DNA of 64,000 nucleotides from positions 1,029,795 through 1,093,794 of the forward strand of contig CAVQNN010000003.1 of assembly GCA_963714175.1 (NCBI GenBank), in the 5' to 3' direction. Origin of the DNA: an uncultured Actinomycetes bacterium. GTDB lineage: Bacteria > Actinomycetota > Thermoleophilia > RBG-16-64-13. Below the pieces are notes generated by a model that made no database searches, was not told the origin of the DNA, and saw nothing but the letters and a program-made list of their open reading frames with translations. A program made the position numbers and the translations under genes. Below, piece after piece: positions 49,672 through 61,159 of this stretch. Numbering within the stretch: position 1 is the first letter of the stretch; every line of letters starts with the position of its first letter.

Positions 49672-52600
49672 CCGACTATCTGCGCGGCTACGAGCCGTTC
49701 GAGCAGGTCGTGGCTCAGGGCGTCGCGGCGGCCCAGGACGCCCTGGCGGCTCATGACGCCGAGGCGACCCAGGGCGTCGTGGCGGTCCCGACCTTCGCAC
49801 ATGCCTTTGTAGCGGCCGGTGTTCTCCAACGGCGGCCCTGGCGCGAGCGGGTCGTCTTGGTGGTGGCTTCCAACCAGGACGTAGCCGGGGATCTGGAGCA
49901 CGAACTCAGCCTCTATTGTCCGGATCGTCCGGTGACATATCTGCCGCCTCGGGGCGTGTGGTATGGCTCGGAGGGTGAGGTGCACGCGCCGGTGGCCGGT
50001 CGACGGGCTCGGGCGGTGGCCGCCCTGGATCCGGCCGTCATCTCCGAGCGGGGCGCGCCGATCGTCGTGGTGGAGGCGACCACTCTCATGGAGGGAGTGA
50101 TCGCGCCGGTAGGACCGCCACTGACCGTCGCCGTGGGTGGCAGACACGACTTCGACGAGTTGACGCGCAGGTTGGTGGCTCTGGGCTACACGCGAGTCGA
50201 CCAGGTGGAGGACGCGGGCGACTTCTCCGTGCGCGGGGGGATCATCGACGTGTTCCCCGCGACCGAGTCGAACCCGGTGCGCGTCGAGTTCTGGGGCGAC
50301 GAGGTGGAGAGCCTGCGTCATTTCTCCGTGTACTCTCAGCGCTCTCTCGGACCTCTGGAGAGCGTGCACCTGTACGCGGCCGCCGAAGAGCCGGAGGCGC
50401 GGCCGGTGAGTGTCGCCTCCCTGCTGCCGGAGGGCACGCACGTGATCCGGACCGATCCGGCCCGCGCGGCGGCTCGGGTGGAGGCCTTCCAGAGCGACAT
50501 GGTGGACGTTCTGGGCGAGAACGCCGCCAACGAAGCGTATGCCACGTGGCCGGAAGTACAGAAGGATCTTGGCCGCTTTCCCACTCTCACTCTGAGCTCG
50601 CTGGGTCTGGTCGCCGGTCACGAGCCGGCCCTGGTGGCGGACGCCGAGCCGGCGCCGGCCGCCGGAGACGCGCCGACGCCGGCCGCCGGAGGCGCCGAGC
50701 CGGCCGCCGACGACCGGCCCGCGCCGCCCACCGGCCACGACCCGGCCCTCACTATCCGGGCGACCAGCGGGGAGATGCCGGTGACCAACCTGCCGGAGGC
50801 CGAAGAGGCCATCCGGCGCCTGGTGGACGGTGGATACCGGGTGGTCATCGCCTTCGAGCAACGCGCCGAGGCCGAACGGGCCGGCTATGTGTTCCGGCGC
50901 GTGACCGGGAGTCTCGCGGTCGGAGGTGAGATAGAGTCCGGACCGGGAGTGTCATTCCTGCCGGTGCCGCACCGCCGGCACTTCGTGATGCCAGACCTCA
51001 AGCTCGCTCTGCTCACCGACGCTCTGGTCTTTCCGCGCAGGCACAAGGCCGGCGCCGCGCGGCGCGGCCCGGCCGGGGTGGAGCTCTCCAGCTTCCGCGA
51101 CCTGCGCAAGGGCGATTTCGTGGTGCACGAAGACCACGGGGTGGGTCGCTTCGACGGCATCTCCACGAAGACCGTCGCCGGGGTCACCCGCGACTACCTC
51201 GACCTGGCCTACCGCGACGGCGACATGCTCTACATCCCCCACGACCAGATCGGCAAGGTCATGCGCTACGTGGGGGCGGGAGGGGCGGCTCCCTCCCTGT
51301 CCAAGCTGGGCGGCAAGGCCTGGGAGCACGTCAAGAGCCGGGTGCGCAAGGCCGCCCGCCAGGTGGCGGGCGAACTGCTTCACCTGTACGCGCTGCGGCA
51401 GGCCAGCAAGGGCTATCGTTTCGCCGAAGACGGCGAATGGCAGGTGCGCTTCGAGAAGGCCTTCCCCTTCGAAGAGACCGAGGACCAGCTCAGAGCCATC
51501 GACGCCGTGAAGGACGACATGGAGTCCGACCAGCCCATGGACCGCCTGCTCTGCGGCGACGTGGGCTACGGCAAGACCGAGGTGGCCCTGCGGGCCGCCT
51601 TCAAGGCGACCCTGGACGGCAAGCAGGTCATGGTGCTGGTGCCGACCACCATCCTGGCGCAGCAGCACTACGGGACCTTCCGCGAGCGGTTCGCCGACTT
51701 CCCGGTGAAGGTGGAGATGATCTCGCGGTTCCGCTCGGCGGCCGAGCAGAAGCAGATCCTCAAGGACTTCGCCGCCGGGCAGGTGGACGTGCTCATCGGC
51801 ACGCACCGGCTTCTCTCCCAGGACGTCAGGCCCAAGGACCTCGGCCTGGTGATCGTGGACGAGGAGCAGCGCTTCGGCGTGGCCCAGAAGGAGGCGCTCC
51901 GCCGCCTGAAGGTCCGGGTGGACGTGCTCACCCTCACCGCCACTCCCATCCCGCGCACGCTGCAGATGTCGCTCTCGGGGGTGCGCGACATCACCATCAT
52001 CGAGACGCCGCCCCGCGACCGTCATCCCATCCAGACCTACGTGGGCCTTCACGACGAGGGCATGGTCACGCGCGCCATCGAGCGCGAGATCGACCGGGGC
52101 GGCCAGGTCTACTACCTGCACAACCGGGTGGAGACCATCGACAAGGCGGCCATGCGGCTCCGCGAGCTGATGCCGCGCGTGCGTTTCGCCGTGGCTCACG
52201 GCCAGATGGCCGAGCAGGAGTTGGAGCGGGTCATGCTCGAGTTCCTGCGCGGCGATTCCGACGTGCTGGTGACCACCACCATCATCGAGAGCGGGCTCGA
52301 CATCCCCAACGCCAACACCCTCATCGTCGAGCGGGCCGATCTGCTGGGCCTGGCGCAGCTCTACCAGATCCGGGGCCGTATCGGTCGTTCGGCGCGGGTG
52401 GCCCATGCCTTCCTGTTCCATCCCGACGAGGCGGTGCTGACCGAAGAGGCCGTGGCCCGGCTCTCCACCCTGGCCGACTACACCGAGCTGGGCTCCGGTT
52501 TCAAGATAGCCATGCGCGACCTGGAGATCCGGGGGGCCGGGGAGCTGCTGGGCGAGGAGCAGTCGGGACAGATCGCCGCCGTGGGCTTCGAGATGTATCT

Positions 52601-53113
52601 GTCGATGCTGCGGGAAGCGACGGCCATGCTGCAGGGTGAGGAAGTCGAGGTGGAGAAGGTGCCGCGGGTGGAGGTCGGCATCGACGCTCACGTGCCGGCC
52701 GGCTTCATCGGCTACGAGGCCGCGCGGGTCGATCTGCACCGGCGCATCGCCTCGGCCGCCGAGCCTGGACGAACTGGCCGACCTGCGGGCGGAGCTGACC
52801 GATCGCTTCGGGGAGATCCCGGAGCCGGTGGACAACCTCATCTTCCTGGGGGAGGTGCGGGCGACGCTTGCAGGCGCTGGGCGCGGACTCGCTGTCGGTG
52901 CGGCAGAGCCGTCTGCTGATCACCGGGTTGACGCTGCCTTCCGGCTCGCGGGAGCGGCTGCGCCAGCGCGACCGGCGCTACGTGTACGCACCCGTCCAGG
53001 GTCAGCTCTCGCTGGGCCTGCGGGGCGACGAACGCGGGCTGCGCCAGGCGGTCCGGGAAGTGCTGGATGATATACTCGCGCTCCTTGGGGGGGAAGGGAC
53101 GCCACAGTTCTGA
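49659..53113 (+). CDS. mfd: Transcription-repair coupling factor, two +1 frameshifts near the 3' end as assembled
   Basis: UvrB-homology N-terminus, the RNAP-interacting domain (GDFVVHEDHGVGRF), DEAD/H helicase motifs (CGDVGYGKTEVA, DEEQRFG, GRIGRS) and a TRG motif. The 3' domain continues in ORFs 52636.. and 52868..53113. Junctions near 52760 and 52865. Confidence 0.92.
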
Positions 53114-53124
53114 GACGAGTCGAA

Positions 53125-54198
53125 GTGAGGTCAGGCGTGATCAGAAGGCTCGCCGTCGGCCTGCTCCTTCTGTCGCTTCTCGTCATCGTGGGCTGCGAGG
53201 GAGACCTTCCCGAGGGCGCGATCGCCCAGGTGGGGCACAGCCTCGTCTCGCAAGAGCAGTTCGACGAGCTCAAGGCCACGTACGAGGCCGCCGGGCGCGC
53301 TCCCGACAAAGACGAGCAGCCGGACGAGTACAAGAGCTTCGAGCAGGGACTGGCCGAGTATCTGGTGATCCTGGAGGTCCTGCGCCAGGAGGCCTCCGAA
53401 TTCAGCGTCACCGTGACCGAGCAAGACGTGCAGAGCGAGCTCGAGCAGATCACGGCAGATGTTCCAGGGCGACGAGGAGAAGTTCGCCGCCGCCCTCGAG
53501 GCGCAGGGCATGACCCTGGAGCAGCTCACCCAGTCGATCGAGGAGAGCCTGTGGCTCGAGGCGATGAAGGCGGCCGTCACCAGCGACGTCACGGTGAGCG
53601 AGGACGAGGCCAAGGCCTACTACGAGGCGCACAAGGCGGAGTACGTCGAGCAGGAGTCCCGCGAGGTCCGTCACATCCTCATCTCTCCCGTTCCCGACGG
53701 CCGCCGACGGCGCGATGAGCACCACGGCCAGCCAGGCCGACTGGGATGCGGCCAAGGCCGAGGCCGAGAAGGTCCGAAGCGAGATCCAGAACGGCGCCGA
53801 TTTCGTCACCGAGGCTGAGAGGTACTCCGACGACGACGCAACCAAGGACTCGGGCGGCAAACTGGGCGCGATCACCCGGGGGCAGATGGTGCCGGCGTTC
53901 GAGGAGGCGATGTTCGAGCTCCAGACGGGCGACCTGTCCCAGCCCGTGAAGACCCAGTACGGATACCACCTGATCGAGGTGACCGACATCACGCCGGAGA
54001 AGCAACTCACCTACGATCAGGTCAAGGAGAACATCAAGAGCGCCCTGCTCGAGGAGAAGCAGTCGGAGACCTGGCAGCAGTGGTTGGACTTGGCGGAGGC
54101 TGAACTGGTCGTAGAGTATCGGTCGGGCTACAAGCCGCACCGTCCCGTTCGGACATCCTCGTCTGAGCGAATCGACCACCGACTCGACCGCCGAGTAG
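53125..54198 (+). CDS. Lipoprotein parvulin-type peptidyl-prolyl isomerase (PrsA/SurA-like), three +1 frameshifts; 3' end uncertain
   Basis: Lipobox LLVIVGC, SurA-like N-domain, and a parvulin core (VRHILIS..., GGKLGAITRGQMVPAFEEAMFEL, GYHLIEV). Junctions near 53460, 53700 and 54150. Candidate stops are at 54164-54166 or 54196-54198. Confidence 0.75.
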
Positions 54199-54207
54199 CG
54201 AGGCGCA

Positions 54208-56294
<2,087 letters not shown>

Positions 56295-56350
56295 CAAGTC
56301 GCCTCGCGCAAGAGGACAGTGCCCCGGCGGGGGCGAATAGAAGATGAACC

Positions 56351-56837
56351 ATGGCCAATGCAAACGTGCCAACCGCACCCGGCTTGTCCGGGAACATAGG
56401 TTCACCGGCCTCGCGACGCTCTCCGTGCGCGACGCGCCGGCGGATCCTCGTGCTCGCGCTGTTACTGGCCGTCGTGGTCATCGCCGTCCTGGCCAATTAC
56501 GGTCCCCTGCAGGCATATCGCGAGGCAAGGGCTCGCTACGACAGCGCCGTGGCTGAGGTGGAGGCGTTGGCGCAGAAGAAGGCGGAGCTGCAGTCCCAAC
56601 TGGGCAAGCTCACCGAGGCCGACTATCTCGAGACTCTGGCCCGGGAGGAGCTCACCTATGCGCGTCCCGGGTGAGGACGTCTACATCATCACCGGGGCGG
56701 ACGAGGAAGGGACCCCCGCGACGGGCGTCGACGCCGCGGCTGGGGCGGACGAGGACGCGCCTCGAAGGCGCTCGATGGCACGGGGCCGCGGAGGGCAGAT
56801 GCCGCGGACGGACGAGCGCCGCGGACGGTGCGAGTGA
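56351..56837 (+). CDS. ftsB: Septum formation initiator FtsB/DivIC family, frameshifted at 3' end as assembled
   Basis: TM segment plus coiled coil (LQAYREARARYDSAVAEVEALAQKKAELQSQL) and EELTYARPG|EDVYII. The in-frame TGA at 56672 is bypassed by a +1 shift. Reconstructed stop at 56835-56837. Confidence 0.7.
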
Positions 56838-56940
56838 CGGCGACGGTTTGGACGCCGGATCATCCGAGTCCACCGACGGTCCCGGATTCCTCGAGAGAGC
56901 ACTGTCGGCCTTCCTGGGGCTGTTCTAGGAGCTGTCGGGT

Positions 56941-57427
56941 ATGGATGGAGACGAGTCTCAGCGCTCTCACCATGAGGGCCCGCCTACCGTGAGACGGGCC
57001 GACAGATACCAGGGGGAGAGGCCGCGCGCCACATCGGGTAGTCGAAGGAGCCGCGCTCCGGGAGAAGGTCACCCGCGGAGCGAGGACCCGTCGCCGAGCG
57101 GCGGTCACTCACCGAGGGGGCGTCGTTCACCGAGCGGGGGTCGCTCGCGTCTGACGGCGGTGATCGTTCTGATATCGGTCCTGGTCGTGATCGCCATCGT
57201 GGGTGTGGGCGTGGGGAGTTCGGAGGCGGGCTCGTCCACAGACGGGCAGCCGGTGGACTTCCGACTGCTGCCACTCGACGGCAGCGCGATCACCTCGACC
57301 ACAGCGCCTCCCCTCGACGACCTCGACGACCGCGACGACTTCGACGACGGTTTCTCCCACCACCTCCACCACGGGCACGACCATCTCCAGCAATGGCGAG
57401 CCGGTCGCGGACGTTGCCCATCTATGA
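56941..57427 (+). CDS. Hypothetical membrane-anchored protein (Arg-rich N-terminus, 1 TM, Ser/Thr-rich tail), frameshifted as assembled
   Basis: The N-terminal 120 aa of ORF 56941..58983 continue into the frame of ORF 57203..57427 (TTSTTATTSTTVSPTTSTTGTT...HL*). That stop overlaps the ATG at 57424 (ATGA). Confidence 0.4.
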
Positions 57428-58983
57428 CCAATGGGGCCGCCAGGGATATCGTAGGGGCACGGGACCGGGCGGTGATCGCGGGCCAGCTTGGCCGTACTCC
57501 GCGTGATCTGACCGGCGTTGCCGTTCGTTGTCCGTTCGGCTATCCGGCCGTCATCGAGACGGCGCCCGTGATGACCGGAGGGGCGCCCAATCCCACCCTG
57601 CTGTATGTCACCTGCCCGACGCTGTCCGCCTCGGTGAGCCGGGTGGAGTCCGAGGGTGGAGTGCGGAAACTCAAGGCCTCGTGCCGCATCGACGGGCAAC
57701 TACGCCGCCTGCTGAGCCAGATCACCCGGCTGTATCAGGAGCGGAGGACCGACCTGGCCGGAAGCGAGTCCGAGTCTGTTCGTCAAGCGGCGAGGCTCGG
57801 GGCGGGGATCGGCGGTCCCGAGGGACCGGAGGTGGCCTCGTGCCTTCACGCCTACGCGGCTGCTCTTCTTGCCGTCACGACCGGGTGGCTCGCGGTGGCA
57901 TCGGAGGAAGACACGGCTCTGGTCGCGCAAACTCGGCAGGCGTGGCTTCGCTTCCTACCCCCGATAGACGAGTGCTGGTGCGAGGACACTCGCTGCGCTC
58001 GTTGGGATACCGGACGCAGGTCGGCGGCGATCGACGTAGGGACGATATCGGTGCGCCTGCTGGTGGCCGAGGAGGCGAACGGCAGGCTTCGGCCCATGAT
58101 CAGAAGGGCCGAGGTGACCAGGCTGGGGGAGGGCCTGAGACCAGGCGGCCCTCTCGGTGAGGCGGCTCGGGCGCGGACCGCCGAGGCCGTAGCCCGGTAT
58201 GCGACTGAGGCTCGCGATCTCGGTGCGGAAACCATCGTGTTGGCGGGGACGAGCGCGGCGCGCGAGGCGGCCGACGGGGCAGAGTTCATAAGCGATCTCG
58301 GCGAAGACAATGGCATCGAGGCGGCCGTACTCTCCAGCGCACGTGAGGCCGAACTCGCCTACGTGGGGGCTTCTCTGGACGTCCACGGAGAGGTGGTCGT
58401 CATGGATATCGGAGGAGGCAGCACCGAGCTCGTGACGCGGCCGGAGGGTGGAGATACGGAGGCGGTGAGTCTCGACCTCGGCGCCAGCCGGGCGACAGAG
58501 CGCTGGATCAGCTCCGATCCGCCCACTCCGGATGAGCTCGCCCAGGTGTACGCCGAGGCGGCGCGGGCTTTCGGCGCGGTGACACAACGATTCGGCGGGG
58601 GCGCCGGCGCGGGCGCGAAGGCCGGAACGGGCGCCGGCGCGGGCGCCGAGCCCGCCTCCAAGGGGACGCGGGGGCGGCGTCTGGTGGGAGTAGCCGGAAC
58701 CGTGACCACTCTCGCCTGTCTCGACGCCGGTCTGGAGGAATACGACGCCGACCGTATCCACCTGCGCACCCTAACGCTGGAGAGTGTCCGGCGACTGGTT
58801 CTTCGGCTGAGTTCAGTGACGACGGAGGAGCGCGCCGCGCTGCCCTGCGTGCAGGCTGGGCGCGCCCCGGTCATCGTCGCCGGCGCGGTGATAGTCTGGG
58901 CCGCCATGGACACGCTGGGCTACGATCAACTGACCGTCTCGGAGCGCGACCTGCTTGATGGGCTGGCGCTGCGCGGGCTGTAG
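57424..58983 (+). CDS. ppx: DUF501 domain fused in frame to exopolyphosphatase (Ppx/GppA)
   Basis: DUF501-like GQLGRTPRDLTGVAVRCPFGYPAVIET.P......PNPTLLYVTCP is followed without a stop by the Ppx/GppA N-terminus AAIDVGTISVRLLVAE...VMDIGGGSTEL. Confidence 0.75.
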   Translation: MTNGAARDIVGARDRAVIAGQLGRTPRDLTGVAVRCPFGYPAVIETAPVMTGGAPNPTLLYVTCPTLSASVSRVESEGGVRKLKASCRIDGQLRRLLSQITRLYQERRTDLAGSESESVRQAARLGAGIGGPEGPEVASCLHAYAAALLAVTTGWLAVASEEDTALVAQTRQAWLRFLPPIDECWCEDTRCARWDTGRRSAAIDVGTISVRLLVAEEANGRLRPMIRRAEVTRLGEGLRPGGPLGEAARARTAEAVARYATEARDLGAETIVLAGTSAAREAADGAEFISDLGEDNGIEAAVLSSAREAELAYVGASLDVHGEVVVMDIGGGSTELVTRPEGGDTEAVSLDLGASRATERWISSDPPTPDELAQVYAEAARAFGAVTQRFGGGAGAGAKAGTGAGAGAEPASKGTRGRRLVGVAGTVTTLACLDAGLEEYDADRIHLRTLTLESVRRLVLRLSSVTTEERAALPCVQAGRAPVIVAGAVIVWAAMDTLGYDQLTVSERDLLDGLALRGL

Positions 58984-59079
58984 GGGACGGGGCATGCCGG
59001 ACGCGGGCCGAGCGGCCCAGGGCGGTTTGGCGGTCGGTCGGGCCGAGGGCGTGCTAACGTAGAATCACTGTTCGCCCAG

Positions 59080-59161
59080 GCCGGAGTGGCGGAATGGCAG
59101 ACGCAACGGTCTTAAACACCGTAGGGCTATGCCCGTGCGGGTTCGAGTCCCGCCTCCGGCA
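59080..59161 (+). tRNA. tRNA-Leu (anticodon UAA), long variable arm
   Basis: Acceptor GCCGGAG/CTCCGGC, anticodon stem ACGGT/ACCGT with loop CTTAAAC, variable arm AGGGCTATGCCCGT, T-arm GCGGG-TTCGAGT-CCCGC. TAGAAT at 59060-59065 is a possible -10. Confidence 0.9.
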
Positions 59162-59240
59162 TTGGGGGTTTGGGGGTAGAACCTGGAGGGACCCGGTCGC
59201 AGAGGACCTAGTCTTGCAGTCGCCGCCGCCCGGTGACGTC

Positions 59241-59262
59241 CTGGTGACGAACTCGTCACCAG
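59241..59262. repeat. 22-nt palindrome CTGGTGACGA-AC-TCGTCACCAG downstream of tRNA-Leu
   Basis: Two perfect 10-nt arms read directly. Role unknown (hairpin or operator). Confidence 0.6.
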
Positions 59263-59406
59263 CCAACGGACCGGGATAGACGGGCCAAGCCCAGATGAGA
59301 TGTCCCCTCAACCTCAAGGCGAATCGCCCCCCGTCGGCAGTCACCAAGTCTCGCCTGCGGCGGCGTAGCCCTGCTCTTACTCAGTGCCGGCGGTACACCT
59401 CTCATG

Positions 59407-59468
59407 GCTGCAGGAATCCGTTGTCTTCTTCCGGATTCTGCTGCAGGAATCCGTCGTCTTCTTCCGGA
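59407..59468. repeat. Two tandem 29-nt units (period 33) gctgcaggaatccgt(t/c)gtcttcttccgga
   Basis: Units at 59407-59435 and 59440-59468 differ by 1 nt. They can pair (GGATTC/GAATCC), and they sit just 3' of the small membrane-protein gene on the minus strand. Confidence 0.7.
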
Positions 59469-59489
59469 GGCTTGCTCGCCTGGTTCACT

Positions 59490-59898
59490 TCACCGGGTCG
59501 GCCCCGAAGGCACAGTAGCGGAACCGTCTGGGGTTTGTTTCACCCCAAAGTAGAACCCGACGACGGTGCCAACCAGTGTAACGACGACTGGCAGCAGGAT
59601 CTCCAGCAGGCTCTTGACGTCTGCAAGCTTGGATTGCCAAGCAACAAGGGACACAAGTGAGAAGATCACGATGACCGCCAGAACCCCAATCAGCGAACCC
59701 GCGATCGCGCCCCGGTATGATTCTCGCGTCTTTTCCGGGGCTCCACCCCTGCAATTGGTAGCGGGGTGAGAGGTCGCCGGGTTTCTCGTTCGTCAAGTCA
59801 ACCTCAACCATTCCCGTCACAGGCACCGCGAGTATCGCTTGCTCGTTCGGCTCCGACTTCGTGAGGTCAAGGTCAGGAACGTCCGCTCCGTTCGGCAT
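59490..59898 (-). CDS. Small hypothetical protein with acidic N-terminus and 2 C-terminal TM helices, frameshifted as assembled
   Basis: ATG 59898 follows GGGGGAGG. MPNGADVPDLDLTKSEPNEQAILAVPVTGMVEVDL... then a +1 shift near 59700 into ...SYRGAIAGSLIGVLAVIVIFSLVSLVAW...LLPVVVTLVGTVVGFYFG...*. No family recognised. Confidence 0.45.
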
Positions 59899-59932
59899 GC
59901 CTCCCCCTTTGTCGTTCACCCCGGGACCAACC

Positions 59933-60097
59933 CTATGGGCGCTTTATCTGCTGTACCTTCCCGTCTTTCTCTTGAACCAGAATCTTGCCGCCGGCGTCTT
60001 CCACATGGGCCATGAACACCTCGCTGGAAATGGCTTGTCCAAGGACTTCCGTGATTGTCACGCCCTTCTTCGCTGCGAGGTTCTGGAGAGCCGCCAT
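59933..60097 (-). CDS. Possible ribbon-helix-helix (CopG/Arc-like) small protein
   Basis: 54-aa ORF MAALQNLAAKKGVTITEVLGQAISSEVFMAHVEDAGGKILVQEKDGKVQQIKRP, below the track cutoff. The in-frame upstream LLSDEA would complete an RHH strand, but no start codon is available there. It lies 34 nt upstream of the membrane-protein gene. Confidence 0.35.
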   Translation of the reverse strand: MAALQNLAAKKGVTITEVLGQAISSEVFMAHVEDAGGKILVQEKDGKVQQIKRP

Positions 60098-60134
60098 GGC
60101 TTCATCCGACAGAAGGCATGGCCGGGTCTCTACA

Positions 60135-60701
60135 GCTACGCCCTAGATGTCGTTGCCGACCACCTTGATATCGACTTCCTGCACCACGATCCGACGGAGG
60201 ATGCTGAAGCGTCTGCGGAGATCGCCCTTCGCGCCGCGGATCTCCATGCCGCCGAAAACCTGCCTCATCTGTCGCATCTGCTGAGATTCAAGACGGGCGA
60301 GCTTTTTCCCGGTGGGTGGAAGGCTTGCAGCGGCTACTGGGATTCCTCAACCGGTTCGAAGATCAAGCTCAATAGCCTGATGCCCGAGACGTCGGAGATG
60401 GGCTGCGAGCATCCTCTCTACGGCAGGCGGGTTGTCTTCACGGGCGCCCTGACTCGATGACGAGAATCGAAGCCGCGCAAAGGTGGTCAACGGCGGCGGG
60501 GAGTGCGCAGACACAATGTCGCGCTGGGTCAGCTATCTGGTGCTGGGTCAGCAGGACTACCGCAAGCTCAAAGGCGAGTCGAAAAGCTCAAAGATGCGCA
60601 AGGCCGAGGCGCTTATTGCCGAAGGCGCGGACCTGGAAGTGATTGCGGAGTCCGACTTCCTGGAGATACTCGGATCTGTTGAAAGGCCCCGAAACGACTG
60701 A
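60135..60701 (+). pseudogene. 3' fragment of a DEDDh exonuclease (DnaQ-like) with C-terminal BRCT domain; N-terminal half missing and frame broken
   Basis: ALDVVADHLDIDFLHHDPTEDAEASAEIAL resembles the ExoIII H-x4-D motif. VVFTGALTR | MTRIEAAQ | VVNGGGECAD..VSYLVLGQQD...SSKMRKAEALIAEGADLEVIAESDFLEIL resembles a BRCT domain. The ExoI/II motifs are absent upstream, where the opposite-strand RHH ORF lies. Confidence 0.6.
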
Positions 60702-60743
60702 TCTCATGACAGGCGACGAGTGATCGGATCGTGCAGGCAGGCG

Positions 60744-61034
60744 CTACGATGAACTTTGCCCGCACTCCTTCTCGTTCCAGGTTCCTATGGCTCTCTGACG
60801 AACCGCTTCGGCTCGTTCCCGTTCATCGCCTCTCGGGGGAAGGTCTGATCCAGCGATCCTCACTATCAGGGCATGACGGGGTTTTCCGTCAGTGCTCATC
60901 CTCACCTGGACACGGTCTGCAGCCAGCTGTGTGACTGTCGCCATCACTCTGGCTCCGTCAGCATCCAAGAACGAGAAGCTGCTTGGGCTCAAGACCCAAG
61001 CCTCCGCAGGTCGGTTAGCGAACGGGACATTCAT
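60744..61034 (-). CDS. Hypothetical protein (96 aa)
   Basis: ORF only. The composition is protein-like (FSFLDADGARVMATVTQLAADRVQVRMSTDGKPRHALIVRIAG), but no family was recognised and no clear RBS checked out. Confidence 0.25.
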   Translation of the reverse strand: MNVPFANRPAEAWVLSPSSFSFLDADGARVMATVTQLAADRVQVRMSTDGKPRHALIVRIAGSDLPPRGDERERAEAVRQRAIGTWNEKECGQSSS

Positions 61035-61159
61035 TCGTGGTACTGCGAGGGTAGCCCGCCGGACAGGGCCGACTCCCTATCGGACCCCGAACCGGCTCAC
61101 CAGGCACCGCCGTGGCGCCGGGCTCCGGTGCAGCCCTCCAGACGCCTGACTCCTGGCGC

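Noticed and set aside
56941-58983. A single 680-aa protein as given in the ORF track
   Set aside because: The first roughly 160 codons (Arg-rich, TM, Asp/His-rich) are unrelated to DUF501 or Ppx. An alternative frame gives a coherent Ser/Thr-rich tail that ends in a stop overlapping ATG 57424 (ATGA), which suggests two genes.
59407-59468. CRISPR array
   Set aside because: There are only two repeat units, separated by 4 nt, with no spacers and no cas genes in the window.
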